Shown here in pieces: positions 1 through 8,457 of a stretch of 64,000 nucleotides of DNA (position 1 is the stretch's first letter; each line of letters begins with the position of its first letter). The notes beneath the pieces were generated by a model that was not told the DNA's origin, made no database searches, and saw only the letters and a list, made by a program, of their open reading frames with translations. A program made the translations under genes and the position numbers. The stretch comes from a virus, in the IMG/VR virus record IMGVR_UViG_3300022752_005671, positions 1 through 64,000 of that record; one strand, 5' to 3'.

Positions 1-306
1 GACGGTGCCCTCGTCTCCTCCACGAACGGACCCTCACCCTACCCTTGCCCAGAAGTCCACGCAGAAGCCCGACTATGCAACAAACTAACCCCCGGCTCAA
101 CAGTCTGGGTCGCACGCGTCCGACACGACGGAACTCTAGGAATGGCTCGCCCGTGCCACACCTGCCAAAAACGCCTCCGCTCGGCCGGCGTCACCAAGGT
201 CATCTACACGATCTCTGACGTAGAACACGGCGTCCTCGACCTCGGGCGCGACATCGAACGCGTCAGGCCCTCACGCGGGGCCCGTTTCAACAGAGCCATG
301 GCCTAG
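1..306 (+). CDS. Zn-dependent cytidine/deoxycytidylate deaminase-fold protein (5'-partial; missed by the ORF track)
   Basis: Own translation of frame +1 from base 1: ...CPEVHAEARLCNKLTPGSTVWVARVRHDGTLGMARPCHTCQKRLRSAGVTKVIYT...RAMA, stop TAG 304-306. HAE and PCxxC are the deaminase Zn/catalytic motifs. Confidence 0.8.
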   Translation, partial: DGALVSSTNGPSPYPCPEVHAEARLCNKLTPGSTVWVARVRHDGTLGMARPCHTCQKRLRSAGVTKVIYTISDVEHGVLDLGRDIERVRPSRGARFNRAMA

Positions 307-309
307 CAC

Positions 310-415
310 GGGCCCCCCATCCACACGGCCCAAACAGGCCCCTAAAAGGGCCCCCTTTCGGGCCCCTAAAATGGGGCCGGGGCCCCGCCCCCTGGAGAGC
401 AACTTGTGTGGGGCC
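310..415. repeat. Cluster of GGCCC/GGGCC motifs with short hairpins
   Basis: About 8 GGCCC/GGGCC copies in about 105 bp of non-coding DNA. GGCCCCTAAAA occurs twice (337-347, 361-371); perfect stem GGCCCC-TAAAAT-GGGGCC at 361-378; palindrome GGGGCCCC at 379-386. Confidence 0.7.
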
Positions 416-566
416 TTTTAGGGCACCTGGGGGCGCTATACCCTTCCGCGCATCTCGAGAACTTTTAGGATCGAAACGGACCTTCTCCTGACTCGCCATA
501 AAGCTTTGTGCCCTTGTTGAGCGACATGATCGGTCGCTTTTTGCTCGTGAAGAAATACTTTTTGTC

Positions 567-773
567 ATGAATTCGCAAAAAATCAATAGGGTCATCAGAG
601 AAAGCATCCGTCGAGCAGTGAAGAGAGAGCTACGCCGTGAATTGAGTCGAATGAGAATCATCGTGGGAACCGCACATGACGAAGAGTTGATCGATGACAT
701 TGAAGAATCTCGCGACACAGAGCCGAATCTCATTAGGGATCCCACCGATTCCTGGAGCGACGAAAATTCCTGA
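567..773 (+). CDS. Hypothetical small phage protein (basic N-terminal helix, acidic tail)
   Basis: 68-aa ORF on the locally coding strand; amphipathic INRVIRESIRRAVKRELRRE; no family recognised. Confidence 0.55.
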   Translation: MNSQKINRVIRESIRRAVKRELRRELSRMRIIVGTAHDEELIDDIEESRDTEPNLIRDPTDSWSDENS

Positions 774-937
774 AGCCGCTGTTGGCTCTCGAGAATCTCG
801 GGAAAATTTTCGCATCGAAACGGCCGCGGTTCTATGTGTCTCAGATAATTCCAGATATATCGATGAAGTTTCCAGCATCTGATTAATTAAAACATTTTTA
901 TGAATGCATCTTGTATGATCGTAGGTGGAATGGTGAC

Positions 938-1135
938 ATGAAGTTGATTGAAGGCGTCGACTATTACATCGATCATGAGACCGGGAGGCTCGTGTGGACA
1001 GAGCGCCGCTTGTTGTTACGAGGATATTGTTGCCATTCCAGGTGTCGACATTGTCCATGGGGGTGTGGGCCCGAAGATGCATTGAACACGTCGAAAAAAG
1101 AATCATATAATGATGATTCAGGTAGGAGAGATTAG
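938..1135 (+). CDS. Small Cys-rich protein, DUF5522-like
   Basis: Motif DYYIDHETGRLVWTERRLLLRGYCCHSRCRHCPWG resembles the RGYCCxxxCRHCP signature. ATG 938 is preferred over TTG 911. Confidence 0.7.
   Translation: MKLIEGVDYYIDHETGRLVWTERRLLLRGYCCHSRCRHCPWGCGPEDALNTSKKESYNDDSGRRD
1082..1111 (+). promoter_or_regulatory. Candidate sigma70-type promoter for malate synthase
   Basis: TTGAAC (1082-1087), N18, TATAAT (1106-1111); SD AGGAG 1124-1128 lies 8 nt before in-frame GTG 1137. Confidence 0.5.
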
Positions 1136-1136
1136 T

Positions 1137-2684
1137 GTGATTCCGATAAGTTCCATTGTAGACCAGGGTGTGACGAAGTTTGTCGATGATTTTGTTCGAA
1201 CTTTTCGAAAAGACCACGAGACAGTTCTCGCAGTGCGAGACGACAGTCGCCATGATCCTCGAGGGCTTCAGGCGATAGTCGATCTACCGATTCCTTGGGC
1301 GATGAAGGATCCCCTGTGGAAGATCGCTCCCGTACCGACGGACTTGATCGACCGTAGAGTCGAGATCACCGGGCCGGCCATCGATCCGAAGATGGCGATC
1401 AATGCTCTGAACAGCGGGGCGTCTGGGTACATGGTCGACGGAGAAGACTCCTTGTCGCCGACGTGGGAGAACGTGCTGCGCACCCATTCTACATTAACAG
1501 GAATTTCTAGACGAACCCTTGAGTTTAACGTCGGAGGAAGCGTGCATCGAATGGCCAAGAAGACCGCGGTCCTTCATTACCGTCCTCGAGGGCTTCATAT
1601 GTTTGAGAAGCACTGGCTCGTTGATGGGCAGCCTGCCCCTGCGGCTCTCGTCGATGCCGGATTGTTCCTGTATTGGAATGCCGGTGAATTGTTGTCGCGT
1701 GGAACGGGGCCATATATGTACCTTCCGAAGCTTGAGACGGAATTTGATGCCAGGTTCTGGTCCAGGGCTTTGAAGTGGGCAGAGACAGCATTGGGGATTC
1801 CTGAAAATTCCGTGCGGGTGACGGTGTTGATCGAGACGTTGCCGGCTTTGATTCGAGCAGAGAGCATCCTGTGGTCATTACGTGAGCGCGTGACTGGATT
1901 GAACGTTGGTCGATGGGATTACGTGTTGTCGTTGATTCGCAACATGCACGCAGATCATGAGTACGTATTGCCGGATCGATCAGCCATGTCGATGGATGAG
2001 TCTCAGTTGGCTGAGTATGCTCGATGGGTTGTGAGAACGGCGCATCGCCGCGGTGCACATGCGATCGGCGGAATGGCCGCCCAAGTTCCGAGCAGGAAAG
2101 ATCCTGTTGCAGCGCAACGTGCGATCGATGCAGTGAGACGAGACAAATTGCGCGAGGTGGCGGCGGGGCACGATGGCACGTGGGTCGCTCATCCGGATCT
2201 TGTGCCTGTTGCGATGGATGTTTTTGATGTTGAGCTCGATGGTGCCCTCGAGCAGAGATGGAGCATCCATGGCTCGACAGAGTTGAATTTGAATTTGATC
2301 GTTGTTCCGATGTCAGGGCCTCGAACGGAGAGTGGATTGCGTGACGCCGTGAGGGTGACGTTGGTGTACGTTGATGCATGGTTGAGGGGAAACGGTTGCG
2401 TAGCGATGGATGGAAAGATGGAGGACGCTGCGACGGCAGAGATTAGTCGGGCATTGTTGTGGCAGTGGGTGGCTCGAGGGGCATTATTGGATGATGGAAC
2501 GAGGGTTGACGCAAATCGAGTGATAGGGGTGATACGGGGTGAGGCAGCAGCGCTTGCCGCTGCGGGAACCGAGCCCCGGGTAGAGACGATTGGATTATTA
2601 GAGAGATCAATTCTTGTTAAGCGATTGCCTGATCACATTTTGACTTCGGCATACGAAATTTTAGTGAATAAAAATTTTAGATAA
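1137..2684 (+). CDS. aceB: Malate synthase A (glyoxylate shunt)
   Basis: DRRVEITGP, KMAINALNSGA, DGEDSLSPTW, RPRG (catalytic Arg), YLPKLE, LIETLPA, GRWDY, GAHAIGGMAAQVP, GHDGTWVAHP, GNGCV, MEDAATAEISR (catalytic Asp). Start moved from 1110 to GTG 1137 on SD/promoter position. Confidence 0.95.
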   Translation: MIPISSIVDQGVTKFVDDFVRTFRKDHETVLAVRDDSRHDPRGLQAIVDLPIPWAMKDPLWKIAPVPTDLIDRRVEITGPAIDPKMAINALNSGASGYMVDGEDSLSPTWENVLRTHSTLTGISRRTLEFNVGGSVHRMAKKTAVLHYRPRGLHMFEKHWLVDGQPAPAALVDAGLFLYWNAGELLSRGTGPYMYLPKLETEFDARFWSRALKWAETALGIPENSVRVTVLIETLPALIRAESILWSLRERVTGLNVGRWDYVLSLIRNMHADHEYVLPDRSAMSMDESQLAEYARWVVRTAHRRGAHAIGGMAAQVPSRKDPVAAQRAIDAVRRDKLREVAAGHDGTWVAHPDLVPVAMDVFDVELDGALEQRWSIHGSTELNLNLIVVPMSGPRTESGLRDAVRVTLVYVDAWLRGNGCVAMDGKMEDAATAEISRALLWQWVARGALLDDGTRVDANRVIGVIRGEAAALAAAGTEPRVETIGLLERSILVKRLPDHILTSAYEILVNKNFR

Positions 2685-2715
2685 ATTCTCCGATAATTAT
2701 CCATCGTAATTTCCG

Positions 2716-2988
2716 ATGGATAAAGACGACACCGTCAAGCCTGGAGATATAGTGATTTTAGATGAGACGAAGCTTCCTGGCGACGTCGAGGCTATTCCTG
2801 TTTGGAATTTAATTCACAACAATTTAATTGACCGTAAAGATCCAGCGTACATTCAAGTTGATTATGTCTTTTATAAAGACATCGTTTTAGTTTTATCTCA
2901 TCCTTTGAAAGATGGATCTGTCAACGTCTTAACTAGTCGAGGAAAGATCGGTATTTCATGGTTCGGTCATTTGCGAAAGTTTTTTTGA
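2716..2988 (+). CDS. Hypothetical protein (possible small beta-barrel, KPGDIV start)
   Basis: 90-aa ORF in the + strand run; no diagnostic motif. Confidence 0.55.
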   Translation: MDKDDTVKPGDIVILDETKLPGDVEAIPVWNLIHNNLIDRKDPAYIQVDYVFYKDIVLVLSHPLKDGSVNVLTSRGKIGISWFGHLRKFF

Positions 2989-3000
2989 TAAGTTCATCTG

Positions 3001-3009
3001 TGATATAAT
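3001..3009 (+). promoter_or_regulatory. Candidate extended -10 promoter
   Basis: TG-A-TATAAT 14 nt before ATG 3024, with AGGTGA SD between; no canonical -35 at 17-18 bp. Confidence 0.45.
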
Positions 3010-3023
3010 TATTCTTAGGTGAT

Positions 3024-4346
3024 ATGAGAAAAACTCCGCACAATATTGGAAGAGGCGGGTTGATTGGCATAGCATTGGCGACTGTTTTGGGTGCCTGTGC
3101 TGCCGCCGCGACCCTTTTGGATGCAGAAAAATCAGAGACAAATCTTTATGATTTGACGGATAGTGGCTCTGGAAAATCTTGTGTAGAATCCGTCGCGTCG
3201 AAGGTTTCTTCATCACGCCCTGTTGATATTATCTTCGTGATTGACAATTCTGGGTCGATGGTCGAAGAGCTCGATGCGATAAGAAACAATATCAACGATA
3301 ATTTCGCCAACGTGATGAACGCCGCTGGTTTGGATTATCGCGTGATCATGATTGTAAAACATGGTCCGCCCGGCACGTATTATGGAACGACGTGTATAGA
3401 AGCTCCATTAAGCACTATCCCCAAAGGAGGATGCGCGACGATAGGAGATTCGCCGCCCGGGAACAATCCTGGAAAGTTTTATCACTATAGCTATGACGTT
3501 CAAAGTAATGATTCTCCTTGCGTTATTTTAGATACGCTGTTTAATGTTAACTATCGTCCAGATGAATATGGACTTGCGCCTGATGGGTGGATCAAATGGT
3601 TGAGACCATCTGCGTTTAAGGTATTCATCGAAGTCACTGATGACGCGCCCGGCTGTTGGTGGTATCCTGATCAAAATGATACTTCAAAGAAGAAAATATT
3701 GAATGATTTTCAATCTTCTTTAGGCGGTCAAGTTTTTGCGATGGAGTTTGATAAGTTGTTGACGAAGCTAGCTCCTGAGCAATTTGGAATCCAAGAGGAC
3801 AGAAATTACGTTTTTTATAGCATTACTGGATTGAAAGAAAAGCCTGCTGCAGTTGATGAAGATTTTGGGGCTTTGATCGATCCGAATGGAAAACCTGATG
3901 ATCCTTTCTACCCTGGAGAAGAGGTTGTTAGTAACATTTGTTCAACAGCTGTTACTGCAGGACATGGTTATCAATCATTGAGTAAACTCACCGGTGGATT
4001 GCGTTTCCCTATCTGCCAAGCAGAGAAATTTGACGTAATTTTTGAGAAGATTGCAGAATCTATCGATTCGATAACAACGACGATCTGCACGCTTGAGATT
4101 CCCGACGCAGGTGATGAAGGCCTCGTCGATATTTCAACTGTGAAATTAAGAGTTGATGATGTCGGGGTTGATTCAAGTTACTTTACTATCGTAGAAGATG
4201 AAAAATCCTGTTCAGGAGCATCAAATGAATATTATATTGATCAAGTAGGTAATTATGTTATTCTATGTCCTGAAACGTGCAAGGCGGTTAAATCAGATTC
4301 AGATGACGTAAAGTTAACTGCTGGTTGTTTACCTCACACAAAATGA
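3024..4346 (+). CDS. Exported vWA-domain protein of myxobacterial (Polyangia-like) type
   Basis: Hydrophobic N-terminus with LGAC; MIDAS PVDIIFVIDNSGSM; AAGLDYRVIMI; LSKLTGGLRFPIC; Cys-rich C-terminal module CTLEIP...YVILCPETCKAV...LTAGC. Confidence 0.85.
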   Translation: MRKTPHNIGRGGLIGIALATVLGACAAAATLLDAEKSETNLYDLTDSGSGKSCVESVASKVSSSRPVDIIFVIDNSGSMVEELDAIRNNINDNFANVMNAAGLDYRVIMIVKHGPPGTYYGTTCIEAPLSTIPKGGCATIGDSPPGNNPGKFYHYSYDVQSNDSPCVILDTLFNVNYRPDEYGLAPDGWIKWLRPSAFKVFIEVTDDAPGCWWYPDQNDTSKKKILNDFQSSLGGQVFAMEFDKLLTKLAPEQFGIQEDRNYVFYSITGLKEKPAAVDEDFGALIDPNGKPDDPFYPGEEVVSNICSTAVTAGHGYQSLSKLTGGLRFPICQAEKFDVIFEKIAESIDSITTTICTLEIPDAGDEGLVDISTVKLRVDDVGVDSSYFTIVEDEKSCSGASNEYYIDQVGNYVILCPETCKAVKSDSDDVKLTAGCLPHTK

Positions 4347-4350
4347 TCTA

Positions 4351-4896
4351 ATGAATTTAAAAGATAAAAAAAATCTCGTTTCAGAGCTTTCATTAAAATC
4401 TAGTGAGATTCACGTTTTTGATTTTGATGACACGATCGTGAAGACTGGATCTATGATTCATGTGACGGCTGCAGATGGAGAAAAGTTTTCTTTGACTCCG
4501 CGGCAGTATGCCATGTACGCTCCTGATCCTGGAGATTTGTTCGATTTTTCTGATTTTGAAGGATTGATTGATCCTCAACCTGTCAACAACACGTTATTAA
4601 AGCTTAAGATGGCAGTTCGTGACGTCGGTGTTCAAAATGTTTTTATATTAACTGCTCGTGGGAATCCTGTTCCGGTGAGAGATTTTTTACTCGATCAAGG
4701 TGTACCTAACATAAGAATATTTGCTGTTGGTTCTAGTAATCCTCAAGCTAAAGCTGACGTGATTGAAGATGAAGTTTTATCTCGAAAGATCAAACGAGTT
4801 TATTTCTATGACGATTCAGTGAAGAACATAATGGCTGTTCGAGCATTGAGACAAGATTTGCCTAACGTAGAAATTGTTGCTGTAAAAGTTGGATAA
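4351..4896 (+). CDS. HAD-superfamily phosphatase-like protein
   Basis: HAD motif I VFDFDDT, motif II ILTARG, motif IV FYDDS. Confidence 0.75.
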   Translation: MNLKDKKNLVSELSLKSSEIHVFDFDDTIVKTGSMIHVTAADGEKFSLTPRQYAMYAPDPGDLFDFSDFEGLIDPQPVNNTLLKLKMAVRDVGVQNVFILTARGNPVPVRDFLLDQGVPNIRIFAVGSSNPQAKADVIEDEVLSRKIKRVYFYDDSVKNIMAVRALRQDLPNVEIVAVKVG

Positions 4897-4925
4897 TCTC
4901 GTTTAATAAAAATTGCATTACATTG

Positions 4926-4958
4926 AGTGCAAAGTTTTTATTTTTAGTTGTAGAGTAT
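4926..4958 (+). promoter_or_regulatory. Candidate promoter of a leaderless uvsE transcript
   Basis: AGTGCAAAGTTT...TAGAGTAT; GTGCAA-N18-TAGAGT; ATG 7 nt after the -10-like box; no SD. Same arrangement at 9277-9309. Confidence 0.45.
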
Positions 4959-4963
4959 GAAAC

Positions 4964-5902
4964 ATGTCCTTAGGTATTTGTTGTCATTGGCTTGACGAAC
5001 GTACGATACAGAGAACAGGCAGAGTTGAAGTGTACAATGCAATGGATGAGCGTACTTTGCAGCTCGGTCGTTACAGAACAGGAAAGTATTCCTCTGAGTT
5101 GATCGCTTCTACTTATGAACACAATGTTGAGGCCCTCGTAAAAATGTTGCCTCGGATTGTGAAATCCGGCATCAAATTGTTCAGAATTTCTTCTGCAATG
5201 TTTCCATTGGCTGATCAAGTTGATGTTTCATTGTGGAAAGGAAATGAAAATCTCTCGAGAATTCTTGCCCGTGCCGGGCAAATCATCAAGGAAAATGGTT
5301 TGCGCGTGACGACGCATCCTGGACAATTTTGTGTGTTGTCTTCTGACTCTGAATCAGTTGTGAAAAAAGCGATAACTGAACTTGAAATTCATGCATGGAT
5401 GTTCGATACAATGGGTCTTGAAAGTTCTGCAAGATATGCCATCAACATTCATGGTGGAAAATCAGATCGATCAGAACAATTGGCCCGCCGGATCGATGAA
5501 CTTCCTGACAACATTCGATGCAGATTGACTCTTGAAAATGATGAAACCGCATACTCTGTCGTGGATCTACTTCGGGTGCATCAAATGACGGGCGTGCCTG
5601 TCGTGTTCGACACTCATCATCATGTTTTCAATGAAGATTCTTTGTCAATGGAAGAAGCCATGCATGCAACGATGGAAACGTGGCGCAATGGTGTTTTGCC
5701 TCTTCAACACATCAGCAACACGGAACCTCATTTGGTGAACGGAAATTTTGTTGATCGAAGAAAACACAGCAATATGATTCATTACGTTCCAGATTGCCAA
5801 CTGAAATTTCTTCGTGAAAAAATTATTGATGTTGAAGTAGAAGCGAAGCAGAAGAACATCGCTGTCTTTGACATGTCAAAAAAGTTTGATATTCCTTTGT
5901 GA
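4964..5902 (+). CDS. uvsE: UV-damage endonuclease (UvsE/UvdE family)
   Basis: LGICC start, LFRISSAMFP, RVTTHPGQFCVLSS, INIHGG, RLTLENDE, PVVFDTHHH, PLQHIS, DVEVEAKQK. Confidence 0.92.
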   Translation: MSLGICCHWLDERTIQRTGRVEVYNAMDERTLQLGRYRTGKYSSELIASTYEHNVEALVKMLPRIVKSGIKLFRISSAMFPLADQVDVSLWKGNENLSRILARAGQIIKENGLRVTTHPGQFCVLSSDSESVVKKAITELEIHAWMFDTMGLESSARYAINIHGGKSDRSEQLARRIDELPDNIRCRLTLENDETAYSVVDLLRVHQMTGVPVVFDTHHHVFNEDSLSMEEAMHATMETWRNGVLPLQHISNTEPHLVNGNFVDRRKHSNMIHYVPDCQLKFLREKIIDVEVEAKQKNIAVFDMSKKFDIPL

Positions 5903-5981
5903 ATAAAAAATTTTCGTGCAGAGCAAAGAAAAAAGAAAGTTTGATAAAACATTAGAAGGAGGCCGAAAGGCAAAAAACAAT

Positions 5982-6317
5982 ATGGGTAAGAACAAGAAGA
6001 AGAATAAGAAGAGCGACGTTGAGATGATTGACAATGAAGTTGAAATGTTTGCTGATGTCGGGTATGAGGATGAAAGTCCTGTTCCTTATCCCGAAAAGTT
6101 TGATAAGGAAGTTTTGATTTCATTGAATGATGATGAGCTTCACAAGCTTGGTCGATCTCTGGACGATTCTATCTTGAGAGTATCTAAGATGAATCTTAAT
6201 CCTTATCCATGGGAGATTGAGTTGTGTTATGTCCAACAAGAGATGCAACTTCGTTCAACGAGGCGCGCGGCTCACGCAGATTGGATCAGCAAGCTTCCTC
6301 CTGTGGAGATGGAGTGA
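5982..6317 (+). CDS. Hypothetical protein
   Basis: ATG 5982 (MGKNKKK...) after purine-rich SD-like sequence; stop 1 nt before the sigma start. Confidence 0.6.
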   Translation: MGKNKKKNKKSDVEMIDNEVEMFADVGYEDESPVPYPEKFDKEVLISLNDDELHKLGRSLDDSILRVSKMNLNPYPWEIELCYVQQEMQLRSTRRAAHADWISKLPPVEME

Positions 6318-6318
6318 G

Positions 6319-7158
6319 ATGGAATCAACCACAGTTCAGCAGACAAAGCCATTAAAGTTTAAAAAGTCTTCACTAGGTGAAGATCATAATGGTATGTCAA
6401 ATTATTTGACATCTTTGAAGAAATATCCTCAACTGTCTCATGAAGACATGATGGAGTTATTCAAACAATATGAGCTTGGAGGTGGTAAAGCAATTAGTGC
6501 GAAGAAGAAGCTTGTTGAATCCAATCTTCGATTGGTCGTTTATATTGCAAAACAATACAAGGGATATAACATTCCGCTTGAAGACTTGATTCAAGAGGGA
6601 AATCTTGGTTTGATGAAGTCAATCGAAAAGTTTGACTGGACCAAAGGATTTCGTTTCTCTACTTATGCTACTTGGTGGGTGAAGCAAGCCATCGGGCAGT
6701 ATATTCTAAAACGTAAGAGAATCATCCGTATGTCGGCTCATGCAGTTACCGCGCAGAAAAAAATGGCTGCGGCTGCAGAAGAATACAGGCAGATGATGGG
6801 TTGTGATCCGACTGCTGAAGAACTGAAAGAAATGACAGGAACTTCAGACGCGGTATATAATGCAACCACGTTTGCGGGTCGAAACATTATTTCTCTTGAT
6901 CAACCCATGTCGTCAGAGCCAGGAGGAGATACGCTTGAAGACAAGCTTGTCGACGACAAGAATGTTTCACCATTAGAGAAAATTTCATCTGAGCAATTGA
7001 TGCTTATTGCAAGATCTGTGTTGGAACAATTGTCTCCAAAAGAAGCTGCAATTTTGAGGCTTCGATTCGGATTGGTTGATGACGTTTTAGAAGACCCTTC
7101 ATATGATATTACGAACGAAGATGTTGGAATGATTGCATCTGGGTGCGGTTTAAAATGA
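6319..7158 (+). CDS. Sigma70-family (RpoD-like) RNA polymerase sigma factor lacking the region 4.2 recognition helix
   Basis: Region 1.2 [12 protein letters not shown]; 2.1 [16 protein letters not shown]; 2.2 [19 protein letters not shown]; 2.3-2.4 [16 protein letters not shown]; region 3 ISLDQP...TLED; 4.1 [15 protein letters not shown]; ends 27 aa later with no RERIRQIE-type helix. Confidence 0.9.
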   Translation: MESTTVQQTKPLKFKKSSLGEDHNGMSNYLTSLKKYPQLSHEDMMELFKQYELGGGKAISAKKKLVESNLRLVVYIAKQYKGYNIPLEDLIQEGNLGLMKSIEKFDWTKGFRFSTYATWWVKQAIGQYILKRKRIIRMSAHAVTAQKKMAAAAEEYRQMMGCDPTAEELKEMTGTSDAVYNATTFAGRNIISLDQPMSSEPGGDTLEDKLVDDKNVSPLEKISSEQLMLIARSVLEQLSPKEAAILRLRFGLVDDVLEDPSYDITNEDVGMIASGCGLK

Positions 7159-7406
7159 TGATTAAAATCCTTTTAGGATTATCAGTGGCACAAATTATTC
7201 TTAATTTTTTGCAATATCTTTCAATTAAAAGATTAGTTTTAGAACTAGAAGAAGATTCTTCAAATGAAGATGAATCAAATCAAAATGAAATGGTTCAAAT
7301 AGAAAGTAATTTGAACACGAGATTGAGAGAAATTCAAACGACACAATTTTCGCCGCGAGTGTCTAGAATTCCAATTCGTTTGGTAAAACCACAAGGAGAT
7401 GATTGA
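7155..7406 (+). CDS. Small protein with N-terminal membrane anchor
   Basis: ATGA overlap with the sigma stop; [20 protein letters not shown] hydrophobic helix followed by an acidic stretch. Confidence 0.6.
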   Translation: MMIKILLGLSVAQIILNFLQYLSIKRLVLELEEDSSNEDESNQNEMVQIESNLNTRLREIQTTQFSPRVSRIPIRLVKPQGDD

Positions 7407-7692
7407 AATGATGAGAAAAGGAAAAAAGTTTGAATCTGGATATGCTACAGTCGATGATGGCGTAAATTATAGAGATATTGCCGATACAATGACTGAAATT
7501 GGATATACAATGAATCATTCCTCTGCAAGGAACTATGTTTTGCGTGTGATGAAAAAATTTGCAGAAGCCATTGTAGATCAATATGGGATCAAGATGTCAG
7601 AAGAAGGATTGGATAGAGTAGCAAAATCTCCAATGTTTCAAAGCGGTATTGCAGAGGTTCTTCAAGACATTGAGTACGCAAGGAAGTTTTGA
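7399..7692 (+). CDS. Stand-alone helix-turn-helix protein resembling sigma region 4.2
   Basis: VNYRDIADTMTEIGYTMNHSSARNYVLRVMKKF matches the YREIA...S..TVRNYL.R..KKL pattern of sigma4/LuxR-type HTH; GGAG SD; overlaps the upstream stop. Confidence 0.6.
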   Translation: MIEMMRKGKKFESGYATVDDGVNYRDIADTMTEIGYTMNHSSARNYVLRVMKKFAEAIVDQYGIKMSEEGLDRVAKSPMFQSGIAEVLQDIEYARKF

Positions 7693-7693
7693 A

Positions 7694-8131
7694 ATGAAGG
7701 CCACAAAATATCAGATTAAATCTCAAATTAGGTTAGAAGACCTTCTTCGTCGAAGAAAGACGAACTTGAATCAATTCATTAAGGATCGAGGAATTACAAC
7801 GTATGAAGGCCTTGATTCCCTTTGTAAGAGATTAGGCGTTTTGACGCCGAATCAAGATTCTTTTTTTCAGTGCATTGAAAAATACGTTTCTAATCCATCT
7901 TCTGGTGTTGTCGTAATTCCTCCGCCTCTTGTAATTCATGAATCGACCGGAGAACCTGAACTTGTAGAAGAAGATTCTTTTGAAGATTTCAAACCTCAAA
8001 TTTCAGTAACAGATGAAGCTGAAGGCGGGGAAATTTCGGTAGTTTTAAAAGAAGCTGCGATCAACACAAGTAAGCAGTTGACAAAGAAACAAAAGAAACA
8101 ATTTAAAAAGCAGCAACAAGAAACTAACTGA
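7694..8131 (+). CDS. Hypothetical protein
   Basis: ATG 7694 directly after the previous stop; folded-looking N-half, acidic and Lys/Gln-rich tail. Confidence 0.6.
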   Translation: MKATKYQIKSQIRLEDLLRRRKTNLNQFIKDRGITTYEGLDSLCKRLGVLTPNQDSFFQCIEKYVSNPSSGVVVIPPPLVIHESTGEPELVEEDSFEDFKPQISVTDEAEGGEISVVLKEAAINTSKQLTKKQKKQFKKQQQETN

Positions 8132-8146
8132 GTATTAGGAGGGGAA

Positions 8147-8443
8147 ATGAAGAGAGTCATTGTTTATGATGTAGAGCAAAAAAAACCTGAGAGTGCAACA
8201 AAACATTCTGAAAAAATTCAAGCGAATAACACGAAGCAGGAATCTTGGGAAAAAGAAAAGCGCATCAGGGCAATGAAAACAATAGAGAATGCTTCAGTTT
8301 TAAGTGGAATTGTTAAATCGATTGAAACGCTTAAGTTAAATGATCCCAACGAAGATGGGCAAGTTATTAAAGAAGCAGTAGAGAAAATTTCTTCTATTGT
8401 TGAAGAGATGAGAAAAGATTTTAAAAAAGACTATTGGGACTGA
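8147..8443 (+). CDS. Hypothetical coiled-coil protein
   Basis: Strong SD AGGAGGGG before ATG 8147; 98 aa. Confidence 0.6.
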   Translation: MKRVIVYDVEQKKPESATKHSEKIQANNTKQESWEKEKRIRAMKTIENASVLSGIVKSIETLKLNDPNEDGQVIKEAVEKISSIVEEMRKDFKKDYWD

Positions 8444-8457
8444 TTCTTTTCATCTCT

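Noticed and set aside
520-542. AGCGAC-N7-GTCGCT hairpin with T-run as a terminator
   Set aside because: Only a 6-bp stem and 5 Ts, more than 200 nt from the nearest stop; too weak to call.
287-2379. Long opposite-strand or alternative-frame ORFs (287-745, 630-1253, 694-882, 1525-2379 etc.)
   Set aside because: Shadows of GC-rich DNA with few stop codons; no motifs or SD, and they overlap well-supported + strand genes.
7090-7200. Frameshift restoring sigma region 4.2
   Set aside because: Both alternative frames stop within about 10 codons after LRFGL; no RERIRQIE-like sequence in any frame.
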